From Alphaproteobacteria bacterium (GTDB lineage Bacteria; Pseudomonadota; Alphaproteobacteria; UBA828): DNA of 64,000 bases. Location of the stretch: NCBI GenBank assembly GCA_965221125.1, contig CBDCRW010000002.1:1-64000 (forward strand), given 5' to 3'. Positions 10,891 to 19,607 of this stretch are shown here, piece by piece. Each line of letters starts with the position of its first letter. The first letter of the stretch is position 1. A program made the position numbers and the translations under genes. Below the pieces are notes generated by a model. The model was not told the origin of the DNA. It did not search any database and saw only the letters and a program-made list of their open reading frames with translations.

Positions 10891-11250
10891 ATGCCCCATA
10901 CGAACGCCGCCCTCGCGATCCCCGACCTGCCTCCCGCACCGTCTCCGGCACGAGTGTCCCCGGCCATGCACCCCATGGACCCCCGCCGGGGCAAGAACCT
11001 CTCGCCGATGTTCGCGGCCTTCCTGTGCTGGCTGCTGGTCCTCGAACCGATGACCGACCCCGCCATCACCGGCATTGCCGTCTCCGGCAACTCTGTCCTC
11101 GCGGCCACGTCCGACGATCCGCTCTTCAACGCCCATCTTGGCGCGCTGGAAGAATTCGAGCGCAACCTGCGCGGCTGGGGCCAGGTCTGCGGCGCCGATC
11201 CGCACATGATCGACGCGCTGGTGGCCAGGCTCCGGAGAGCCGGGCGATGA
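10891..11250 (+). CDS. Hypothetical protein
   Basis: GGAG upstream; stop overlaps the radC start (ATGA). Confidence 0.5.
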   Translation: MPHTNAALAIPDLPPAPSPARVSPAMHPMDPRRGKNLSPMFAAFLCWLLVLEPMTDPAITGIAVSGNSVLAATSDDPLFNAHLGALEEFERNLRGWGQVCGADPHMIDALVARLRRAGR

Positions 11251-11990
11251 GTCTCTCCGATACGCCCACCACCGGCCTGCACGACGCGGCGCCGTTCCCC
11301 GCGCCCGCAGCGCAGCAGCTCGCCGGTATCGGCCACGACGAACTACGCGCGCGCTTCCTCCGCGCCGGGCGCGAGGCCGTCGACGACCGCGAGCTTCTCC
11401 AGCTCCTGCTGGCGGGATCGCACGCCGCCGCCGAAGCCTCGCTGCTCGCAACGGTCCTGCTGGACACCTTCGGATCGCCCGCCCGCGTCCTCGCGGCCCG
11501 GCCCGACACGCTCCGCGCCGTCGCCGGGCTGGGCGAGGCCGGCATCGCCGCCATCAAGACCGCCGAGGCGCTCGGAATCGCCATGGCCAGGGCCGCGCTG
11601 CCCGAGAGGTTTCATCCTCAGCTCGCGACCTACGAGAAGGTCGTCGAGTACTGCCGGTCGCTAACCGCGCACCGCGACATCGAGGAATTCCGGGCGTTAT
11701 ACTTGGACACCAAGAACCGGTTGATTCGCGACGAACTGCTTCAGACCGGCACGATCAACCACACCCCTGTCTATCCCCGCCAGGTCTGCGTTCGCGCGCT
11801 GGAGGTGGGTGCGTCCGCCCTGGTCGTCCTCCACGCGCATCCCTCGGGCGACCCCACGCCGTCGAGGGCGGACGTCGAGATGACCAACCGCCTGCGCGAC
11901 GCCCTCAAGACGATCGACGTCGACCTCCACGACCATATCGTCGTGACGCCCGGCGACGCCTTCAGCTTCAAGCAAAAAGGCCTGCTCTGA
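11247..11990 (+). CDS. radC: RadC-family (JAB/MPN) protein
   Basis: EEFRALYLD.KNRLI, GTINHTPVYPR, HAHPSGDPTPSRAD and DHIVV. Confidence 0.92.
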   Translation: MSLSDTPTTGLHDAAPFPAPAAQQLAGIGHDELRARFLRAGREAVDDRELLQLLLAGSHAAAEASLLATVLLDTFGSPARVLAARPDTLRAVAGLGEAGIAAIKTAEALGIAMARAALPERFHPQLATYEKVVEYCRSLTAHRDIEEFRALYLDTKNRLIRDELLQTGTINHTPVYPRQVCVRALEVGASALVVLHAHPSGDPTPSRADVEMTNRLRDALKTIDVDLHDHIVVTPGDAFSFKQKGLL

Positions 11991-12005
11991 AGCGTCCCGG
12001 CCCCG

Positions 12006-12284
12006 TCATCCGCCCGGCGCGCCGTCCGACCCGTCATTGCCGCCGCTCCGCCGCGGCGTCTTGAAGGGGTCCGGGATGCTGTGATGGGGCGCCGGAGCCC
12101 GCCGGTAGCAGCGCATGCGGCAGAGTTCCAGATGCTCCACCACCGCTCTGGCTACCGGCTTCATCCGGTCGTGGTCGCCGGGAACGCGCTTCCTCGGCCA
12201 CAAGCGCTTCGCCTTGAGCAACGCCATCTCGACGGTGAACAGCAGGTCGCTCCGCTCGACCGGGATATCGTACTTCTCGTCCAT
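12006..12284 (-). CDS. Small hypothetical protein divergent from SRAP
   Basis: ORF MDEKYDIPVERSDLLFTVEMAL... shares the LexA-box intergenic region. Confidence 0.55.
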   Translation of the reverse strand: MDEKYDIPVERSDLLFTVEMALLKAKRLWPRKRVPGDHDRMKPVARAVVEHLELCRMRCYRRAPAPHHSIPDPFKTPRRSGGNDGSDGAPGG

Positions 12285-12303
12285 GTGGCGAACACTACTA
12301 CAG

Positions 12304-12318
12304 GAACATTGCAAGAAC
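12304..12318. promoter_or_regulatory. Alphaproteobacterial LexA (SOS) box
   Basis: GAAC-ATTGCAA-GAAC (GAAC-N7-GAAC) about 40 bp upstream of an SOS-associated peptidase gene. Confidence 0.8.
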
Positions 12319-12357
12319 AATATGACAGCCCGCCGCCGCTGCGGGTAGTTTCGTGGA

Positions 12358-13050
12358 ATGTGCGGTCGCTTCACCCAACGCATGACATGGCGCGAGTTGC
12401 ACGAGCGGATGGACCTCATCGGCACGCCGCTCAACCTGCGGCCCCGCTACAACGTCGCGCCGAGCCAGGACGTCGCGGTTGCGCGCGCCGCGGGGGAGGG
12501 TCATACGCTCGCCATGCTGCGTTGGGGGCTGATCCCCGCGTGGGCCAAGGAGCCCAACATCGGCTACAGGCTGATCAACGCGCGCGCCGAGACTGCGCAC
12601 GAGAAACCCTCGTTCCGCGCTGCCTTCCGCGCGCGTCGCTGCCTGATCCCGGCGGACGGGTTCTATGAGTGGCGGCGCGAAGGCAAGACCCGCCAGCCCT
12701 GGCTGTTCGGGCTCAGGGACGGCGCGCCCTTCGCCTTCGCCGGCCTGTGGGAGCGCTGGACGGTGCCGGCGGGTGCGGCGCTTACGGGCTCCCTCGCCGA
12801 ACTCAGTCAGGGCGACGCCGTCGAGACCTGCACCATCCTGACGACCGCCGCCAACGAGACGGTGGCGCCGGTACATGGCCGCATGCCGGTCATCTTGCTG
12901 CCCGACGCCTACGGCCCCTGGCTCGCGGGGGAGGACGTGGCGCTCGCGCCCTACCCGGCGGACGACATGACCGCCCATCCGGTGAGCACGCTGGTCAACC
13001 GGCCGGCCAACGACGATCCCCGCTGCGTCGAGCCCGTCGCTCTGACCTGA
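12358..13050 (+). CDS. SOS response-associated peptidase (SRAP, YedK/HMCES family)
   Basis: N-terminal MCGRF; RYNVAPSQ, WGLIP.W, INARAET, RCLIPADGFYEW and HGRMPVIL. Confidence 0.95.
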   Translation: MCGRFTQRMTWRELHERMDLIGTPLNLRPRYNVAPSQDVAVARAAGEGHTLAMLRWGLIPAWAKEPNIGYRLINARAETAHEKPSFRAAFRARRCLIPADGFYEWRREGKTRQPWLFGLRDGAPFAFAGLWERWTVPAGAALTGSLAELSQGDAVETCTILTTAANETVAPVHGRMPVILLPDAYGPWLAGEDVALAPYPADDMTAHPVSTLVNRPANDDPRCVEPVALT

Positions 13051-13224
13051 TCCCCGGCCGCCCGGCAGCCTGAGCGCCTCCCCCGCGTCTCCGCGCCTCC
13101 CGCCGGCGATCGTCCGGCCAGCCGGCCGGGGGCAGTCCGGCGGTGCCGGCGCGGCCCACAAGGCGGATGAGGCAGACCGATGCAACGATCAACCGACCTT
13201 GAGGGCATTTGCGGCTTCGCCGCG

Positions 13225-15636
13225 TCACGCTCTCAATCGCTGGTTCCGGGCATCGTAAAGCGGCTCGGCGAGCACCCGGGCCGCGTGGCGGTCGCCCAGC
13301 ATCGCGATCTCGAGCTCGCTGCCGGGCTCGGCGCAATCGGCCTCGACGAAGGCGAAGGCGATGCTTTGGCCCACGGCGTATCCGTACGCGCCGCTGGTGG
13401 TGAGCCCGACCATGCGGCCGCCGGCATAGACCGGCTCGCTGCCGTGGGCGTCGGCGTCAACGGCGTCGACTGCGAGATAGACCAGCCGGCTCTCGACGCC
13501 CTTGCGGGCCCGCTCGCGCACGGCGTCGCGGCCGATGAACGGGCTGTCGAAATCGACGAAGCGCTCCAGCCCGCACTCGATCGGCGTGATCTCGGTCGTC
13601 AATTCCAGCCCCCAGGCCTTGTAGCCCTTCTCCATGCGCAACGCGTCGAGCGCGTAGAGGCCAACATCGGCGACGCCGAAGCCCTCGCCCGCTTCCATCG
13701 CAGCGTCGTAGAGCGCCGCCATGCCTTCCATCGGGTGGTGCAGCTCCCAGCCGAGTTCGCCCGCATAGGACACCCGGAGCGCCCGAGCGGGGACGCCCGC
13801 GACCTCGATCTCGCGCACCGACAGCCAGGGGAATGCACCGTTGTCGAGATCGGCGTCGGTCAGCCGGGCGAGCAGGTCGCGCGCGCGTGGGCCCGTGACC
13901 AGCAGAGCGCCGTAATCGTCGGTCACGTCGGTAATCTCCACATCCTCGTCCGCGTGCCGGTGCTGGACCAGCCAGTCGAAATCGTGGATCCGGGCGACGG
14001 CGGCGGACAGTAGATAGAACCGGTCGGCGCCCAGCCGCGTGGCAGTGAACTCGCTCTCGATGCCGCCGAGTTCGGTGAGCGCGTGGGCCAGTGCGATCCG
14101 GCCCTCGCCCGGCACGCGGTTGGCGAGGATACGGTCGAGGAACGAAGCCGCATCGGGGCCGGTCACGTCGAACTTGGAGAACGCCGTGAGGTCGAGCACG
14201 CCGACCCGCTCGCGCACCGCGCGGCATTCCTCGCCCACCGCGTCGAACCAGTTCATGCGCCGGAAGCCGTAGCGCTCCTCGACGCCTTCCGGCGCGAACC
14301 ACTTGGCGCGTTCCCAGCCGAACGTTTCGGCGAACACGGCGCCGCGCGCGGCGAGCCTGTCGTGGATCGGCGTGGTCCTGATCGGCCGCCCGGCCTCCCG
14401 GTACTCGCCGGGATAATGGACCTTGTACATCTGTTGGTACTCGTCGACCGCCTTTTCGACGCTGTACTTACCGACCGCCCAGTCGCCGAACCGCCGCGCC
14501 TCCATCTCGCGCACGTTGATCTCGGTCTGGCCGTGCACCATCCACTGCGCGAGATACTTGCCCGCGCCAGGCCCCTGGGTGATGCCGATCCCCGCCCCGC
14601 AGCACATCCAGAAATTGTCGAGCCCCGGCGCCGGCCCGATCAGGAATCCGCCATCCGGGGTGTGCGTGATCGGACCGCTGACAACCCGCCTGATGCCCGC
14701 GTTCTCGAAGACTGGGAGGCTCTTGGCGGCGCGCTCGAGCCACGGGATCAGCCGGTCGATATCGGGCGGCAGCAGTTCGGCGTCGAAAGACCAGTCGATC
14801 CCGTCGAGCGCCCAGGGCTGCGCGCCGTCGGTCTCGTAGGGGCCAACGATCAGCCCGTCCTGCTCCTGGCGGTAGTAGCAGGAGGCGCGCGGGTCACGGA
14901 CCACCGGCAGCTCCAGTTCCAGCGCCGCGACCTCGTCAAGGTTCTCGGTCACCAAGTACTGATGGACCATGTTGACGATGGGGACCCCGAGCCCGACCAT
15001 CGCGGCCACCTGCGGCGCGAACCCGCCTGCGGCGTTGACCACGTGCTCGGCGACGATGGTCCCCCGCTCGGTGACCACGTCCCACTCGCCGCCGGGGCGC
15101 CGGGCGATGTCGACCACGCGGTTGCGGAGCTCGATCCCGGCGCCGCCCCGGCGCGCGACGGCGGCCATCGCCATGGTGCTGCCGGCGGGATCGGTGTGCC
15201 CGTCGCCCGGCGTGTAGGCACCGAGCAGCACGCCTTCGGTGTCGAGCAGCGGGTGCAGCCGAGCGATCTCGGCCGGGCCGATCAGGTGGCACTCCGCGCC
15301 CACGCAGCGCAGCACGCCCTGCACATGGTGGAACCAGTCGACTTCGTCTTTGTTGGTCGCGAGCCGGATCGCACCGCAGCCGTGCCAGCCCGTGGCCTGG
15401 TCCGATTCCGCCTCCAGCTGCCGGTAGAGCTGGGAAGCGTAGAAATGCACCTTCGCCATGTTGAGGCTGCCGTTGAAATGGGGGATCAACCCCGCCGCGT
15501 GCCAGGTCGAGCCCGAGGTGAGCTCGCCCTTCTCGACCAGCAGGACGTCTTTCCACCCTTCCTCGACGAGGTGGTAGAGGAGCCCGACACCCATCACGCC
15601 GCCGCCGATCACGACCACGCGCGCCTGCGACTTCAT
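13225..15636 (-). CDS. GcvT-family FAD-dependent oxidoreductase (dimethylglycine/sarcosine dehydrogenase-like)
   Basis: VVIGGGVMG, LTSGSTWHAAG and SGPITHTPDG; C-terminal aminomethyltransferase domain (RVSYAGELGWE, LRMEKGY). Confidence 0.92.
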   Translation of the reverse strand: MKSQARVVVIGGGVMGVGLLYHLVEEGWKDVLLVEKGELTSGSTWHAAGLIPHFNGSLNMAKVHFYASQLYRQLEAESDQATGWHGCGAIRLATNKDEVDWFHHVQGVLRCVGAECHLIGPAEIARLHPLLDTEGVLLGAYTPGDGHTDPAGSTMAMAAVARRGGAGIELRNRVVDIARRPGGEWDVVTERGTIVAEHVVNAAGGFAPQVAAMVGLGVPIVNMVHQYLVTENLDEVAALELELPVVRDPRASCYYRQEQDGLIVGPYETDGAQPWALDGIDWSFDAELLPPDIDRLIPWLERAAKSLPVFENAGIRRVVSGPITHTPDGGFLIGPAPGLDNFWMCCGAGIGITQGPGAGKYLAQWMVHGQTEINVREMEARRFGDWAVGKYSVEKAVDEYQQMYKVHYPGEYREAGRPIRTTPIHDRLAARGAVFAETFGWERAKWFAPEGVEERYGFRRMNWFDAVGEECRAVRERVGVLDLTAFSKFDVTGPDAASFLDRILANRVPGEGRIALAHALTELGGIESEFTATRLGADRFYLLSAAVARIHDFDWLVQHRHADEDVEITDVTDDYGALLVTGPRARDLLARLTDADLDNGAFPWLSVREIEVAGVPARALRVSYAGELGWELHHPMEGMAALYDAAMEAGEGFGVADVGLYALDALRMEKGYKAWGLELTTEITPIECGLERFVDFDSPFIGRDAVRERARKGVESRLVYLAVDAVDADAHGSEPVYAGGRMVGLTTSGAYGYAVGQSIAFAFVEADCAEPGSELEIAMLGDRHAARVLAEPLYDARNQRLRA

Positions 15637-15869
15637 CGTCGGTTCCGCGGCGGCGGCTCAACGAACGGTATCGCGCTCGACATCGCTACACTCCTGCTTC
15701 GCGCCGCTGGTGCATCGGACGACCTCGCCCTTACCCCCGGCCTGGCGCCGCCACAAGCGGTATTTTCGAGGCAGCGCTCGCCGCGTGAAGGGGTTCCTCC
15801 ACACGGGTATGCGTCGGCGCAAATTTCACGCTGATCGGAACCTGGAGCCTCCGGTTCTGGCCCAAGGCG

Positions 15870-16030
15870 GTGCACACGAACGCGCGGAACCACTCGGCCT
15901 ATACGGTTATGGTCGACGGGACGCGCCGTGCGACCGGCAACACCTTCTGGGAAGACAACACGGTGGGCCTAGTGCTGGCGGCACCGCTGCGCCACGGCGA
16001 GACGGTCACGGTGGCCTATACGAAGGCTTT
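15870..16030 (+). pseudogene. Fragment resembling an SwmB-type surface repeat
   Basis: AYTVMVDG...NTVGLVLAAPLRHGETVTVAYTK; no intact gene context. Confidence 0.35.
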
Positions 16031-16328
16031 CGGGGGGATTCCGTTCCGCTTCGCCTGGACAGGCACGCGGGGCGTTGGTCGGGAAGGGCCATGCTGCGGA
16101 CCGCGTGCCGTCACGGTGTCTTCCAAACGGCGGGCACGATCCGCATTATGTTGGCGCTGCCGGCTCTCGTGGAAGGCGGTCGCAGCGAGCCTACGACGGC
16201 GGGGGCCTGGACGGCAGACGTCGGCGGGAAGGAGAGAACAGATACCTGTCTCCGGGAGCATCGGTCTCGATGGCTTCGGGGTGGGTGTGGCACGCATCGC
16301 CTGGAAAGTGTGTAAGGGAGAACCGATC

Positions 16329-16856
16329 ATGACACATCCATTTACCAGTCCTCGGCGGCTGCGCCGCGTGGCGGTCGCTGCGGCTGCCATGATCGCCCTG
16401 TGGTGCGCGGCAGGCACCGCCGCCGCAAGCGAAAGCGGCACCGTCGAGCTGGTCACCAGCTTCGAGCGCGACTACGTCACGTTCGACCACGCAGGTGGAA
16501 CGGTCACGGGTGGCATCTTGCGCGGGACGACGACCATCACGGAGAGCAGCGGCGGCCCCTTCGCGGAGGGCGAGAGTAGTCTCGTGGTGTGCCTGGTCTA
16601 CGCGAGGAAGACGGATGCCGGCCTGGACCTGGAAACACCCTGCACGAACACGGACACGTCGGGCGACACATGGTTCTGGATGGCGAAGAGGACTGCGGGC
16701 GATACGGAAGCCGGTGGCGGCGGCGACGGGCAACGGGAGCTTCTTGGTGGCACCGGCAAGTATGCCGGCGTCAGCGGCGCCTGCACCTACTCCGCCAGTT
16801 ATCTCGCGGACAACCGGTCCGTTTCGGTGGCGAGCTGCGAGTGGCGAAGGCCGTGA
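16329..16856 (+). CDS. Secreted beta-rich hypothetical protein
   Basis: RBS GGGAGA; basic-hydrophobic signal peptide; GGTGKYAG motif as in dirigent/allene-oxide-cyclase-like barrels. Confidence 0.7.
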   Translation: MTHPFTSPRRLRRVAVAAAAMIALWCAAGTAAASESGTVELVTSFERDYVTFDHAGGTVTGGILRGTTTITESSGGPFAEGESSLVVCLVYARKTDAGLDLETPCTNTDTSGDTWFWMAKRTAGDTEAGGGGDGQRELLGGTGKYAGVSGACTYSASYLADNRSVSVASCEWRRP

Positions 16857-17043
16857 CTCTCGAGTTCGGCGACGACATGGCATGGCGGCCTGCAGCTCCA
16901 GCGGGCGGCGTCCGGTGCGGCCCCTGGCGTGCCGCGAAAGGCTGGAAGCGCTCTCGGGACGGCCTTGCCGATTACGCCGACCTCTGGACCGCCATCCGAT
17001 CCTCACGCGGTAGGCCCCGCGCATGGATCATTCAGGACAAGCC

Positions 17044-17601
17044 ATGAACCGCGCACCAAAATCGTTACACGAAACTGAAAACTATCAGTCTTTAGACCCA
17101 GGCGTGAATATGGGGAAGATCGCCGCGTATGTGCACATTTCGGAGGAGTTCATGGAATTGGGGAAAGGGCGATTGGAAACATCGTCGTTCTCCCAAGAAG
17201 GATTGTATCGTTACAGCGTTGGCGTATTTTGTCTCGGCCATGCGTTTGAATTATTGTATAAGTCCTTATTGCTTCTGGAAGCGAAGAATGATCCTAAAGG
17301 ACATAATTTCGGATCCTTGTACAAAAAAATAAGTGAGACGCGTAGGAAGAGAATTAAGGAAATTATCGTTGGTGAAGGATGGTCGTCAGTGGATGAGTTC
17401 CACAAATTCATGCTGGAAACGATTAACCCCGTGCATAGGAAGTACTTTGATGTGAGTAGTGGCTGGGATATATGGAGCCATGATGGCACCGGAAAAAACA
17501 TAAGCCATAAGTTGTGGCCGGGCTTAGTTCAATTGTGGAAAGACATACACGATTACGCTGCGTCTCAAATTTGGAAGAATCCCAATCTTCCAATATGTTG
17601 A
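17044..17601 (+). CDS. HEPN-domain protein (start uncertain)
   Basis: GHAFELLYKSLL...KGHNFGSLY HEPN-type motifs; AT-rich relative to its flanks. Confidence 0.6.
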   Translation: MNRAPKSLHETENYQSLDPGVNMGKIAAYVHISEEFMELGKGRLETSSFSQEGLYRYSVGVFCLGHAFELLYKSLLLLEAKNDPKGHNFGSLYKKISETRRKRIKEIIVGEGWSSVDEFHKFMLETINPVHRKYFDVSSGWDIWSHDGTGKNISHKLWPGLVQLWKDIHDYAASQIWKNPNLPIC

Positions 17602-17731
17602 CCTTTGAGGATCATCTTGTATATGCTTTTCGCTGTTTGCGTTATCTCTACTGATATGCTGCCCTAGCAGTTTGCACATGCATGCAATCTCGATGTTCTT
17701 TTGGTTTGAGCTAATCAGGCTACGCCCTGCC

Positions 17732-18268
17732 CTAATCGAGGTTGAGGAGGCCCCGCAGATCCCGTGCTTCCCTGGAGCGGCGAGCCTGAGGACTGTTTAT
17801 AAGCCCGGGTATGACGACCTCCGTTGAGAAGGCAGTCCCACGTACATTTAGCAGATCGTCGTTAGCACTCAGGCAGTGGTGAATCAGCATGTTTTCCACT
17901 CAGTTAGCCTCCCTCGGTCCCAATTTGCTCGCGAATCGTCCTGTCGGCGTCATTCGTGCCAGAAGGAACAGGATTGGCGTTCCCTTCCTGTCAGTGAGTA
18001 CTTCGTTGTAGTGAACCAGCTTATGGGTCGTGAAACACTCCTGTCTGAATGTCTTCGTGGCTTGACCGACGTACCAGGGCTTTGCTCCCTTTCCCGCCCG
18101 GATCGCGAAAATATAGCAACCGCTGGCTGAGGCCAGGCCTTCGTTGTTCTGGTGCGGCGCCTCGACCTCGTTCCAGAAGTCCCTGAGAGCTTTTCTGTCG
18201 ACCCGCTGCCGATTTGCGGTACGCGGAATTTCAAATGGCCCGAACACATCGAATTTCCTATCTGGCAT
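17732..18268 (-). pseudogene. GIY-YIG-like nuclease with an internal in-frame TGA at 17900-17902
   Basis: GCYIF...WYVGQA motif. The frame continues after the TGA as VENMLIHHCLSANDDLLN... to TAG at 17732. Confidence 0.65.
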
Positions 18269-18540
18269 GAAACGCCCCCTTCCTTCTTCCCCGCATCGTC
18301 GTTTTCCCCGTTCTGTCCCGAAGAGTAGCGATTGTACCGCTCGAGAGGGACTGGAGACGTTCGAGCTACCGGACGAACCAACTGTGGCGTCCCGCCCGGC
18401 CCGCCGGGCCGCACGCTCCGCGATTTCGCTCGCTCCCGAATCGGGTCGCCGCTGCCGTCGCCGCAGTCGAGCCGGGCGTGCGATGCCGAAACGGCTTCTA
18501 CGGATAGACCGGAACGGCCTTTATCGCCAGAACGCAGTCA

Positions 18541-18972
18541 TCAGACTTCCTCGACGCTGACCACCAGGCGCTTCCGGAAGCGGGCCAGGGCCTGCTCCAG
18601 CCTGCCTATCTTGGTTGCATGGCGGGGGTCGAGCATTCTGCGGACCTCGCTTTCCTGAATGCCCATGGCGACCGCGAAGGCGCTGTTGGACAGCCGCTGC
18701 TCGCGCAGGGCCTCGTAGAAGGCCGTCTTCGCGGCCAGGACCGCGCCGGGGACCGCCACCGGGCGGCCTTCGGCTGGACTCCCGGCGGGAATGTCCTCGC
18801 GCCGCGCCATGCGGCCCACGAGCGCCTGCTCTAACCGCTCCCGGGCGTTTGTGATTGCCTCGGCGAACGAGTCGCCATCCGTGAACGCCTCCTCGAAGTC
18901 TGGAAACGTGACCGAGAAGCCGCCTCCGCGTGCCCTTTTGAGGTCGATGGGATAGCTGTACCGGGTTGCCAT
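18541..18972 (-). CDS. hicB: HicB-family antitoxin with C-terminal HTH
   Basis: GGFSVTFPDFEEAFTDGDS..EA...A; C-terminal VRRMLDPRHATKI. Confidence 0.88.
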   Translation of the reverse strand: MATRYSYPIDLKRARGGGFSVTFPDFEEAFTDGDSFAEAITNARERLEQALVGRMARREDIPAGSPAEGRPVAVPGAVLAAKTAFYEALREQRLSNSAFAVAMGIQESEVRRMLDPRHATKIGRLEQALARFRKRLVVSVEEV

Positions 18973-19607
18973 GATCGGGGTTCCTCAACGCTCGTCCGGC
19001 TTGATGCCGGCCCGTTTGCGCGTGCCGACGAGCCGTAGATTCGCACAAAAATGCGCGAGCGTGCAAGAGTTGCCGCAACCGCCTTCGTGTGCAGCGAGAA
19101 ACATCCTGTCGCGGAGACCGGGACCGGGCGCCTATAGCCGCATCGAGCGCCCTCTGCCGCCGCCACGGCCTTCGTGGCAAGAGGCGGTCTTGCCGGCCTC
19201 TTGCGTGCGCTCCTCGGCCTTGCGGCGCGCCAGCTCGGCCGTGACGGAGGCTGCGATGCCCTCCAGGCTGAACGACCCGCCGCGCGCCGGTCGCCCATGC
19301 CCTTCCAGCCCGGAGACCGCCCTGCTGCCAGGATCATCGGCCGCACCGTCAGGTACACCCCAGCCGCGATTTGCGCGATCGCCGCGCTGCCGACCCCCGC
19401 TCCGGGCCTGACCGCAGCCGTCCGACCGACCCGCCTCTTCCATCCTGAACTTGTCGACCCCGCCCCCTTCCGATCTGCTCCCCCGCCGCGCCCCGCCACG
19501 AATTTAGGTCGTCCAGCCGGCCTGGGGCAGTCCGGCGGGGCGGGGCGGGAGTGGTGCTTCGCGTCCGGCCTGCGCCGGTTCCATGCATTTACAGCACGGA
19601 GCCTGCC

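Noticed and set aside
14083-15834. Long ORFs antisense to or overlapping real genes (also 8398-9675, 21924-23888, 29435-31285, 34205-36202, 43320-45302, 46856-47863)
   Set aside because: High-GC shadow frames with no motifs, opposite well-supported genes.
17900-17902. Selenocysteine or alternative genetic code at the TGA
   Set aside because: TGA is a normal stop throughout the window and the context suggests Trp, not Cys.
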